Shown here: piece after piece, positions 9,451-21,534 of the stretch | How positions within the stretch are numbered: position 1 is the first letter of the stretch | How the letters are laid out: every line of letters begins with the position of its first letter | Assembly (NCBI GenBank): GCA_965263245.1 | Contig: CBDHHR010001146.1 | Location: 782,244 to 806,243 of the forward strand | DNA length: 24,000 nucleotides | From: Metamycoplasmataceae bacterium | GTDB taxonomy: Bacteria; Bacillota_I; Bacilli_A; Mycoplasmatales; Metamycoplasmataceae | Direction of reading: 5' to 3' | Translations under genes and position numbers: made by a program | Notes under the pieces: model-generated | What the model saw: only the letters and a program-made list of their open reading frames with translations | Database searches by the model: none | Told to the model about the DNA's origin: nothing

Positions 9451-9767
9451 ATGTATAAAATTAATTTCTCAAAATTAACTAAAATGTGAAAAAATTTAAA
9501 AAATAGAGATGTTTTAACAAATGAATCAAAACCAAAAAAAGGTACTAAAGTTAAAATGATTGCTGAAGGAATTTTTCAAGGAGAAGAGGAAGATATGACA
9601 AAACCCCAAAATGATTTAAAGATTGAAATGAAAAAACTTTCATTCCTTTTAAAGAAAAAGTTGAAAAAGACATTGTTGTTATGAAACAAGAAATTGTTGA
9701 AATTAAAAAAGACATTAATGCTATGAAAAATACTCCCACAATGAAAAAAGAGCTTGGTTTAATTTAA
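9451..9767 (+). pseudogene. Small plus-strand CDS (~105 aa if intact) interrupted by a -1 frameshift at an A6 tract
   Basis: ATG 9451 lies 10 nt after GAAAGG. Frame 1 reads MYKINFSKLTKMWKNLKNRDVLTNESKPKKGTKVKMIAEGIFQGEEEDMTKPQNDLKIEMKK. After aaaaaa (9631-9636) the protein-like reading EKTFIPFKEKVEKDIVVMKQEIVEIKKDINAMKNTPTMKKELGLI* moves to the -1 frame and ends at TAA 9765-9767. The original frame becomes K/L-only with three TGA codons. Confidence 0.4.
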
Positions 9768-9971
9768 AATAAATTTAATGTTTAAAATGAGAGTGCAGAA
9801 AATTAATAATTAAAATAAATAAACTTGACTTTAATATTATTTAGCTTAATATTTCTATATAAGTATGATAGGATGCTTTAAGTTATTGCTTTAAATTAAA
9901 AACTTTATCAATTAGTGTTAGATAAAAATAAAAAATTTAAAACAAAAAAAATGAATTTAACAATCATTTTT

Positions 9972-10130
9972 TTAATCTTTTTTTGAAAGATCTTCTCTTT
10001 TGAAGAATTTAACAAGTTTATGAGGTACTTTTTCACCATTAACATTGACTAAATTGGGTTCTGATAATGCATGGTGTGATCTTCTTTTTCTTTTTCTAGC
10101 TTTAGATGTTTTTCTTTTTGGTACTATCAT
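9972..10130 (-). CDS. rpmF: 50S ribosomal protein L32 (52 aa, Cys-less form)
   Basis: It is below the track's size cut-off. Hand translation gives MIVPKRKTSKARKRKRRSHHALSEPNLVNVNGEKVPHKLVKFFKREDLSKKD*, and the (A/I)VPKRKTSK..R..RR.H N-terminus is the L32 signature. AAGGAAAA Shine-Dalgarno; TAA at 9972-9974. Confidence 0.9.
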   Translation of the reverse strand: MIVPKRKTSKARKRKRRSHHALSEPNLVNVNGEKVPHKLVKFFKREDLSKKD

Positions 10131-10157
10131 TTTATTTTCCTTGTTTTATTGAAAAAG

Positions 10158-10166
10158 ATTATACCA
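10158..10166 (-). promoter_or_regulatory. Extended -10 promoter (TGGTATAAT) for rpmF
   Basis: Exact TGnTATAAT on the minus strand, 27 nt upstream of the rpmF ATG. Confidence 0.5.
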
Positions 10167-10257
10167 AAAAAACAATAATTAAAACTAATAAAAAACAAAT
10201 AATAGTGAAAGACAAATTAAGACTAATAAAAGACAAATAATTTTTAAAAATTTTAAA

Positions 10258-13053
10258 TTAAAATCCTCCTTGGGAAACAAAAACAAATAATGATAATCCC
10301 ACTGAACCAATTGTACTTGCAATTCCTATGAGCGAAGTAAGTAAAATTAATCCTTTTCTTGATTTGAATTTTAAATTATTTTTCTTTAATTTTTTCTTAG
10401 ACTTTATTAAACTTATTAATGATGCACCTGATGCGATTGAACCAAGGGCTAAAACTCCTGCTGAAGAAGCTAAAATGTATTTGAAAGTTTTAGAAATAAT
10501 TACTTTGCTATTTAAAACCTTTTTAAAATTTCAATCCACTGAATCAAGCATTTTTGCGATGCCTTCATAATCTAAATTTAAATCATTTATTTTACTCAAT
10601 GATGCTATTAATTCTTCATCAAGTTGTTTTAAAAGCTTTTGTTTTTCTTCTTCAGAAGCACCTTTAAGATTTTTTATTTCATCAACTTTTTCTTTGTGTT
10701 TTAAACGTAAAATTTCAATTCAGATTTTTTTTGTATCTGCTTTATAATCTTCTGATATTTGTTTAAGTTTAATTGCATTTACAAAACTATTTAAAAAATC
10801 TTCATTTTGAAAATAATTTGTTTGTGAATCATTATATAAATCCTGAAATTTTTTTAAATATTTTTTTTCTTCATTTGAATCAGAAAGTTTTATTTTACTT
10901 AGTTGATTTAAACTTTTTTTATGAATTTCGTCAATTTCATCTCTTACTTTATAAATTTCGTCAGTATTTGCTTTTTTAAATATAGGTTTATAAAATGTGT
11001 AAAGTTTTCGAGATTTTGAATTATAAAAACTAAAAGAAACATAAAGAGTATCATCGTTAGCATATCTAAAAAAGTGTTTTCTATATTTTAAATCTAAATT
11101 TTGCGTATCGGTTTCAAGTTCGTTAAGATTTAGAAAAATATCTTCGAAAGTAAAATCAAAATTTATTTGAGGAGCTTGTAAATTCTCAATATTTTCTTGA
11201 ACAAATGAAGAGTTAACTTCTAATTTTTTCTCAATTCATTTTTCCAAATATTGTCTTTGGGAAAAATCATTATATCAGTAGCTTATAATTTCTTCCCAGG
11301 GTTCTTTTAGTTTTTTTAAAGAAGGGTTTCAACCAGCATATTTATCATTTGAAGAAGCATATTTTCAATTTATTTCATTATTAAAAGTAAATTCAATAAG
11401 AAAGTAAAAGAAAGGATTATTTGCAGGATCATCTGGATTATTAAAAGCAATCTTATTAGTTCAAACAAATCTTGGGTAAGAAAGAAGGTTGTCATCAGGA
11501 GGTTGATTGCCATATTTTTTGTATCATTTTCCACCAGGATTTATTTTTTTAAGTAATTCAATTCATTCATCATTTTTACGAAAAATTTTTTCTGGACCAG
11601 TTTGATCTTCAAGACTATCTCATTCATCTAAAAATAAATATTTTGGTTTGTTTTTCGATGAAAAATCTACTAGTTTTTGAAGATCAATAATTTTTGTTGA
11701 AAAAACAAATATTTCCTTAGAAAAAATTTTTTCATCTGTATTTTTTATTAAATCTTCAAAAGTAAATTCTAACTTAATTTTTCTATAATCAATACGATTT
11801 TCTGGAGTGCTAACAGGAGAATTTATAAATTCAATTTTAAAATCTGTTAGATCAAACGAAGGAAATTGAGTTCTAAAACTTTCAAGTTTTGCAAGTTTTA
11901 AACTGTTAAATCCGTTGGTGTTGAACCAATCATACAGTTGTTCTAGATTATTAACTTTATTACTTAAAAAATTTGTTTGCTCGACTTTAAAAACTTTGTC
12001 ATCATTAATTTCGTCTACTAAATCATTAATTAATGATTGAAACTCTTCTTTTGGGTTGTAAAAAAGAACGTTAGGAACTTTTATTCTTAAATTTTTAGTA
12101 ATTGATGCATCCCCTAATTTTAATTTAATACTTCCTTCTAAAAAAACATCAATTTCTTTAAAACCATTACTTTTTTCTCTAACTGCAGATTTACTGATGT
12201 TAATTGAGGAAACTTCAACATCAGAATTATTTTCTATTTTAAAATTTTCTTTTAATATCAATTTAAAATTTTTAAGTAAATTATCATTAACTTCATTAAT
12301 ATCAAGACCATTTGTTCCAAATCTATCAATTTCATAACTATTAAGATTATTTTTAAAACTTCAAGTTTCTGAAGTAATATTAGCAATTAAAGCATTAGCA
12401 AGGGTGTTAATTTCGTTTAATATATTTTTTTTAACATAATTTTTAACAAATTCTTTTAGTCCTAAATTATAAGTGTTGCTTTTGATAGAGGCTTCTCTAA
12501 GTCATAATTCTTTAATTTCGGGAAATTTTTTATTAAAAAAATTAGTAACGTAAAGAACGTCTTTATCACTTGAGTCATTTCACCTTGGTGAAAATTTACT
12601 CATAATGTCTAGAACGTTTTCTTCAATTAAAACAGGAACAATTTCCTCTAATTTTGGAATATCCAAATTTATAAAATGATTTGTAAAATTTGTAACAATT
12701 CTATTAATTGTTTTAGTTCTTATATCTGGTTCATTTAAGCCATCTTCTAACTTATTAACATCGATTAAATTTAATTTTTTTTCAATTTCTTCTTTTATAT
12801 CATAACCATTATCAAAAGCTTCTTTTCATTTAAGACCCAAACTTTCTATATAATTTTCAGGAATATAATCTTTATAATATATTAAAATTGAATTTCAATA
12901 TGCAGATGGTTTATAATTTCCGTTATTAATCAAAGATCTAATTTTTATTAAAATTTTTGCATTAAGAAAATTTAAAAATAATTTATATTCTTCTGAATCA
13001 ATTGTTGTTACATCCCTTTTAAAACGATTATTATAATTTACGTTATATTCCAT
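10258..13053 (-). CDS. F1-like ATPase cluster 931-aa protein, second (distal) paralog; C-terminal two-helix membrane hairpin; function unknown
   Basis: Starts at ATG 13051-13053 (MEYNVNYNNRFKRDVTT...). It is in frame with track fragment 11620..12261. I traced 11190-11620 codon by codon (many TGA=Trp, no TAA/TAG), and the remainder translates in parallel with the proximal copy. It ends ...ILASSAGVLALGSIASGASLISLIKSKKKLKKNNLKFKSRKGLILLTSLIGIASTIGSVGLSLFVFVSQGGF* at TAA 10258-10260. AAAAAGG Shine-Dalgarno. Confidence 0.85.
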
Positions 13054-13135
13054 AATTTAACCTTTTTCAATTGTACCACTTAAAAGAAAAAATTTAATTC
13101 ATTTTTCTTAATTATCTCATTAATTTTTAAAACAA

Positions 13136-13140
<5 letters not shown>
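13054..13140 (-). pseudogene. Relic of the 3' end of the epsilon-like gene, marking the duplication junction
   Basis: Plus-strand attcatttttcttaattatctcattaatttttaaaacaattatt (13098-13140) matches attcattttttttaattatctcattaattgttaaaccaatcatt inside the epsilon-like CDS (about 18941-18984). aatttaaccttttt directly 5' of both ATGs is shared. The relic has internal deletions and no open frame. Confidence 0.7.
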
Positions 13141-16079
<2,939 letters not shown>

Positions 16080-16080
<1 letters not shown>

Positions 16081-18875
16081 TAAAATCCTCCTTGTGAAAC
16101 AAAAACAAATAATGATAATCCTGCTGAACCAATTGTACTTGCAATTCCTATGAGCGAAGTGAGTAAAATTAATCCTTTTCTCGATTTAAATTTTAAATTA
16201 TTTTTCTTTAATTTTTTCTTAGACTTTATTAAACTTATTAATGATGCACTTGACACAACTGAACCAAGAGCTAAAACTCCTGCTGAAGAAGCTAAAATGT
16301 ATTTAAAAGTTTTAGAAATGATTACTTTGCTATTTAAAACCTTTTTAAAATTTCAATCCACTGAATTAAGCATTTTAATAATATCATAATCTAAATTTAA
16401 ATCCTTTATTTTGCTTAATGATGCAAGCAACTCTTCATCAAGTTGTTCCAAAAGTTTTTGTTTTTCTTCTTCAGAAGCACCTTTAAGATTTTTTATTTCC
16501 TTAATTTTTTCGTCGTATTTTGAACGTAAAATTTTAATTCAAATTTGTTTTGTATCTTCTTTATAATTTTCTAATATTTTTTCAAGTTTAAATGTATTTA
16601 CAAAACCATTTAAAAATTCTTCATTTTGAAAATAATTGGTTTGTGAATCATCATATAAATCTTGAAATTCTTTTAAATATTTTTTTTCTTCATTAACGTT
16701 AGAAAGACTTATTTTATCTAATTGGTTTAAACTTTTTTTATGAATTAAATCAATTTCATTTTTTACTTTATTAATTTCTTCAGTGGTTGCTTTTTTAAGT
16801 ATAGCTTTTTCAACTGTATAAGGGGCAAGATTTTTAACTAAATTTTCAAAATTAAAATAAACGTAAATAGTATCATCTTTATATTTTCGATACTCCATTT
16901 TATAAGTTATATCTAAATCATTTGTTATAACGTTAAGTTCATCAAGATTTTCAAAAAGATCTTCAAGATTAATTGTTGGAAATAACGTTAACTTGTCATA
17001 ATTATCTTGAATAAAAGAAAAGTTAAGTTTTAATTTTTCTTTTATTCATTTTTCCATGTATGAACTTTGACTAGCAGCAATAACTTCGTGTGCCATGCTT
17101 CCGTATCAAGATTCTTTTAATTTTTTTAAAGATGGGTTTCAACCTGAATATTTATCATTTAAAGAAGTGTATTTTCAATTTACTTGATTTTCAAAATTAA
17201 ACCTAATTTTTTCACCTTCTTCATCTGAAGCGGGTAAAGTATTTCAGTAAAATTTTGGATAAAAACTAAGATCTTGATCAATTACTTCATTAGAAGAAAT
17301 TCCGTTAGAACCAAAAGAAGGGCCTTTTTTATACCATATACCATCAGGACTTACTAACTTAAGTAATTCGATTCATTCATCGTTTTTAAGAAAAATATTT
17401 TTTGGAATATTATTTTCATAATAAGTTCGAGGATATCAATCTTCACCAAATAAGTATTTTGGTTTATTTTTAGTTAAAAAATTCATTAATTTTTGAAGAT
17501 TAATAATTTTTGATGAAAAAACAAATATTTCATTAGAAAAAATTTTATCATTTGTTTTTTTTATTAAATCATTAAAAGTAAATTCTAACTTAATTTTTCT
17601 GTGTTGAATGATTAAATCATCAAGATCATCAATAATGGGAAAATTTATAAATTCAATTTTAAAATCTGTTAGGTTAAACGAAGGAAATTGAGTTCTAAAA
17701 CTTTCAAGTTTTGCAAGTTTTAAAGTGTGTAGTCCGTTGGTGTTGAACCAATCATATAATTGTTCTAGATTATTAACTTCCTTGCTTAAAAAATCTATTT
17801 GTTCAATTTTAAAGATTTTATCATTATTAATTTCGGTTACTAAATCATTAATTAATGATTGAAACTCTTCTTTTGGGTTATAAAAAAGAACGTTAGGAAC
17901 TTTTATTCTTAAATTTTTAGTAATTGATGCATCCTCTAATTTTAGCTTTATGGTTCCTTCTAAAAAAACGTCAATTTCTTTAAAACCATTACTTTTTTCT
18001 CTAATTGCAGATTTACTAATGTTAATTGAGGAAGTTTCAACATCAGAATAATTTTCTATTTTAAAATTTTCTTTTAACATTAATGTAAAATTTTCAAGAA
18101 AATATTCATCAATTTCATTAATGTGAAAAGTAGTTGTTTCAAAGTTATCAATTTCATAACTGTTAAGATTATTTTTAAAACTTCAATTTTTTGAAGTAAT
18201 ACTACTAATTAAACCGTTAGAAACTAAATTAATTTGGTTTAATATGTTTTTTTTAACATAATTTTTAACAAATTCTTTTAGTCCTGAATCATAAGTTTTA
18301 CTTTTGATAGCAGCTTCTCTAAGTCATAATTCTTTAATTTCAGAAAATTTTTTGTTATAAAAATTAATAACTTGTAAAACATCTTTATTGTTTATTTTGT
18401 TTCATTTTGGTGAAAATTTACCCATGATTTTTAAAACGTTTTTTTCAATTAAACTAGGAACAACTACTTCTAATTTTGGAATGTCTAAATTTAAAAAATG
18501 ATTTGTAAAATTTGTAACAATTCTATTCGTTGTTTTAATTCTTATATCTTGTTCGTTTAAGCCATCTTCTAATTTATTAACATCAATTAAACTTAATTTT
18601 TTTTCAATTTCTTCTTTTATATCATAACCATTATCAAAAGCTTCTTTTCATTTAAGACCCAAACTTTCCATGTAATTTTCAGGAATATAATCTTTATAAT
18701 ATATTAAAATTGAATTTCAGTATGCAGCTGTTTTATATTCTCCAGAATTTATTCAACGTTGAACATTTGTTGAAATTTTTGAATTAAGAAAATTTAAAAA
18801 TAATTTATATTCTTCTAAATTAGATGCTGTTACATCTCTTTTGAACCGGTTGTTATAATTTACTCTATATTCCAT
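16080..18875 (-). CDS. F1-like ATPase cluster 931-aa protein, first (in-operon) paralog; C-terminal two-helix membrane hairpin; function unknown
   Basis: I traced it codon by codon from ATG 18873-18875 through track fragments 17436..18080 and 16539..16898 to TAG 16080-16082; the only interruptions are TGA. There is no N-terminal signal or TM segment. The C-terminus is ...YILASSAGVLALGSVVSSASLISLI-KSKKKLKKNNLKFKSRKG-LILLTSLIGIASTIGSAGLSLFVFVSQGGF*. Its stop overlaps the alpha-like GTG start. Confidence 0.9.
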
Positions 18876-18985
18876 AATTTAACCTTTTTTTGAAGTGTCT
18901 TTTTGCTTGTCTAAAAGAAAAAGCTCTAATTTAGATTCTAATTCATTTTTTTTAATTATCTCATTAATTGTTAAACCAATCATTT
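16080..18985 (-). repeat. Direct repeat copy 1 (~2.9 kb): 931-aa gene plus the 3' end of the epsilon-like gene
   Basis: See copy 2. The 3'-terminal ~430 nt (16083-16510 vs 10261-10690) differ by only a few substitutions per 100 nt by eye. Confidence 0.9.
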
Positions 18986-19304
18986 CCTTTTTAGTTAAAA
19001 TTTTAATTTTGTGTTTTAAATCTCTTAAATTCATTTTTTTTATTCATGAATTATCTAAAACATTTTCAAGTTTAATGTCGGTTCAAATTATAATGTTTCC
19101 TAACTCATTGGAATAAATTATAGGAAATAATAAAAATAATTTTTTCATTTTTTCATTTTCATCAACCAAAATTAATTTAGCAGCTAGTGGTGAGTGCACT
19201 TCGTTGCTTTTAATTTTTTTACTATAATTTTTAGTAATCAAATATGCTAATTTAATTTTATAGTTAACAGAATTTTCGTATGATACTAATTCTAAATTAA
19301 ACAT
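18879..19304 (-). CDS. F1-like cluster 141-aa protein, probable epsilon-like subunit
   Basis: Track ORF 19083..19304 extends through two TGA codons to TAA 18879-18881. Its size matches F1 epsilon. The N-terminal half is beta-strand-like (MFNLELVSYENSVNYKIKLAYLI...SPLAAKLILVDEN) and the C-terminal half is helical and K/E-rich. Its ATG overlaps the upstream stop by 1 nt. The subunit assignment rests on size, position and published cluster composition, not on alignment. Confidence 0.5.
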
Positions 19305-20131
19305 TATTTAACTCCTCTTTTAGCAATTTGTGACATAAAAACAAGATCTTCAGTGGTTTTTTTTCTAATGTCTTTATTTATCTCTCTTTGTTTTTCTTCA
19401 ATTAATTTATCGATATTTTTTATTGAATTTTCATTTTTTATTAATTTTTCTTTTAAATAGTAAAAACTCTTTTCAATAATCAAAGCTTTGGCAATTTTAG
19501 AAAAATATAAATTTAATAACGTGTTAACACAACTGTTAATTGAAGGATAAAATATTTGTTTATTAATTATTAATTCATCTTTTTTATAATAATTAATGTC
19601 AAGTTTTTCAAGTGGAAAAATGTCTATTTTACCCTTTTTACTTCTTAAAGAATCACATAAAAATGTAATTTTACTTATTTCATCACCTAAGACCATTTTT
19701 GTTAAAAGGTTTCCGATTCCGGTTCCCGCATTAGAAATTTTTTTGCTTGAATAAATTGTTTCGTAACTATTTTTTACAGCGAATTCACAAGCTGCAAAAC
19801 CAACACAAATTAAATAATCATTTTCTTTGTCAAAATCTTTAGAGAGAATTTTGGAAAATTTAAAAACATTTGCTGATATAAGTTCTTTTTCTGGAGTAAT
19901 AAAGACCCATATTTTTCTTTTTTTTGTATTTTTTCGATCGTTTTTACTTAGTTTATATTTATTTTTGATAAAACTTAAGATTTTTTTTGAAACTAGTGCA
20001 ACATCTAAAAATCTTTTAGAAATCTTGTTAGCTCTTTCTAATTTTTGCAAAGTATCAAACTTAGAAATTTCAACAATTTCTTTTAGTCGGTTTAAATTAT
20101 TAATTTGATTAATTTTCTTTTGCTTATCCAT
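19304..20131 (-). CDS. F1-like cluster 275-aa protein, probable gamma-like central-stalk subunit
   Basis: Intact track ORF with an AAGGA Shine-Dalgarno. The length is close to F1 gamma. Long helix-prone N- and C-terminal segments (MDKQKKINQINNLNRLKEIVEISKFDTLQKLERANKISKRF... and ...EKQREINKDIRKKTTEDLVFMSQIAKRGVK) flank a central globular part, as in gamma. No alignment was run. Confidence 0.5.
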   Translation of the reverse strand: MDKQKKINQINNLNRLKEIVEISKFDTLQKLERANKISKRFLDVALVSKKILSFIKNKYKLSKNDRKNTKKRKIWVFITPEKELISANVFKFSKILSKDFDKENDYLICVGFAACEFAVKNSYETIYSSKKISNAGTGIGNLLTKMVLGDEISKITFLCDSLRSKKGKIDIFPLEKLDINYYKKDELIINKQIFYPSINSCVNTLLNLYFSKIAKALIIEKSFYYLKEKLIKNENSIKNIDKLIEEKQREINKDIRKKTTEDLVFMSQIAKRGVK

Positions 20132-20133
20132 TT

Positions 20134-21534
20134 CTATCCTTTAAATTTTGAACCTTCAATTACAATTAAATTATCATTTTCTTTCGAAAGAAGTAAGTGA
20201 TCATAAAGCTTAATAATTGAACCATATTCTAATTTTTCATCAATTAAATCATTGTAAAATTTTTTCTCTTCTCCTGAAAATGGAGAAAAGTTTCATTTTT
20301 TAATATAATCTAAAACTATAAATTTTTTATACTTTTTGTCTAAAAATTTAATAAATTGGTTTTTAAGTGCTAAGGAATAACCAGAAATAAGAGCAAGAAT
20401 TTGGGTTTCATAAATGTGATTTATAACTTCTTCGGTAAACATTTTATCAAAATAAACAAACGTTGCTTTAATTATTGATCTAATGTCAACCGGATTTTCT
20501 TGATTAATTATTTTTTCAAATAAAGCAACTTCATTAAAAACTTTTTTCTTGTTTTTAAAGATGTTAGCAGAAAAAATATTTTTTGTTTTATGAGTTTTAA
20601 TAAACCTATTTTTTCTTTTAGGAATATAAACATTTTCGTATGAAAACTCTGCACTAGGTTTTAAATTTTTATTAAAGTTTAACGAATGATTTATTTTTTT
20701 GACACTAATTTCTTTAATGTTTAATTTTTCAATTAGTTCTTTTTCTTTAAGGGCATCAAGTTTTTGTTGCTGAAACTTTTGATTCATTAAAATATCTTTT
20801 TGGATTTTAATTTCTTCTTCAGCAATGTTTTGTTTAAATAATCTTAATTCAATTTCTTTTTCAGCTTGAAATAATTTATTTTTTTCTATTCTTTTTTGTG
20901 TTTCTTTTAATTTTTCTTCTTCATCAAGAACTTCAATTTTTTTAAGTTTGATTTTATCCTGTTTAATTTCATTAAAAGTTTTTAAAAGTTTTTTCTTAGA
21001 ATCTAACTCTTCGTTTTGAAATTTAATTTCAAGATCAGTTTTTTCTTTTTCTAAATTAGAAATTTCTTTTAAGTTATCATTTTTAAGTTTGATTTTTTTA
21101 AGGTTAATTTTTTTAATTTCATCATCAATTTGTTTTTGGAGAATTTTAGAATCTTTTTTTTGTTTAATAATTAACTCTCTTTTTTTGTTAGTAAGTTCTT
21201 GTTTAGCAAGTTTTATTCTTTCTTTATTTCTTGCTCTTTCTTCTTTAAGAAAAATAAGATTTTGCTTTAATTTTTGGTTTAAATCATCAAATTCTTTTTT
21301 ATACTTAGTGACTACTTCGTTTTCTTTTTTTAATTTTTCTTTTTCGTTTTTTCTAAGAGCAATTTTTAATTTTTTTTCTTCTTCCTTAGCAATTTTTAGT
21401 TGCATTTTGTAATTTTCAATCGCCTTTTTTCTTTCGGCTTTTGCTTTTTTAATTTCTAAATTAGATTTTAACTTTGTTTTAATTTGTTCTAATTTTTTAT
21501 CTGTTAAATTTTTACTTCTTAATTTTTTAAACAT
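20134..21534 (-). CDS. F1-like cluster 466-aa protein: ~270-residue K/E-rich coiled-coil region plus a C-terminal globular domain; function unknown
   Basis: Track ORF 20293..21534 extends past a TGA, traced codon by codon to TAG 20134-20136. AAAGGAG Shine-Dalgarno. There is no hydrophobic segment. The stop lies 2 nt before the next ATG. Confidence 0.85.

Noticed and set aside
10328-10570. Plus-strand 80-aa ORF (MSEVSKINPFLDLNF...) and its twin at 16150..16389
   Set aside because: Both are antisense to the well-supported C-terminal hairpin region of the two 931-aa genes. They occur twice only because the underlying DNA is duplicated. They have no Shine-Dalgarno, and their F/L/K-rich composition is typical of reverse-frame reading.
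10258-13053. Possibility that the 931-aa paralogs are MIB/MIP-type immunoglobulin-binding/protease surface proteins, which are reported near Type 3 ATPase clusters
   Set aside because: They have no N-terminal signal or TM anchor. I could not recognise a serine-protease motif by eye. The anchor is a C-terminal hairpin. One copy lies inside the operon at the position of a core cluster gene. This cannot be fully excluded without a homology search.
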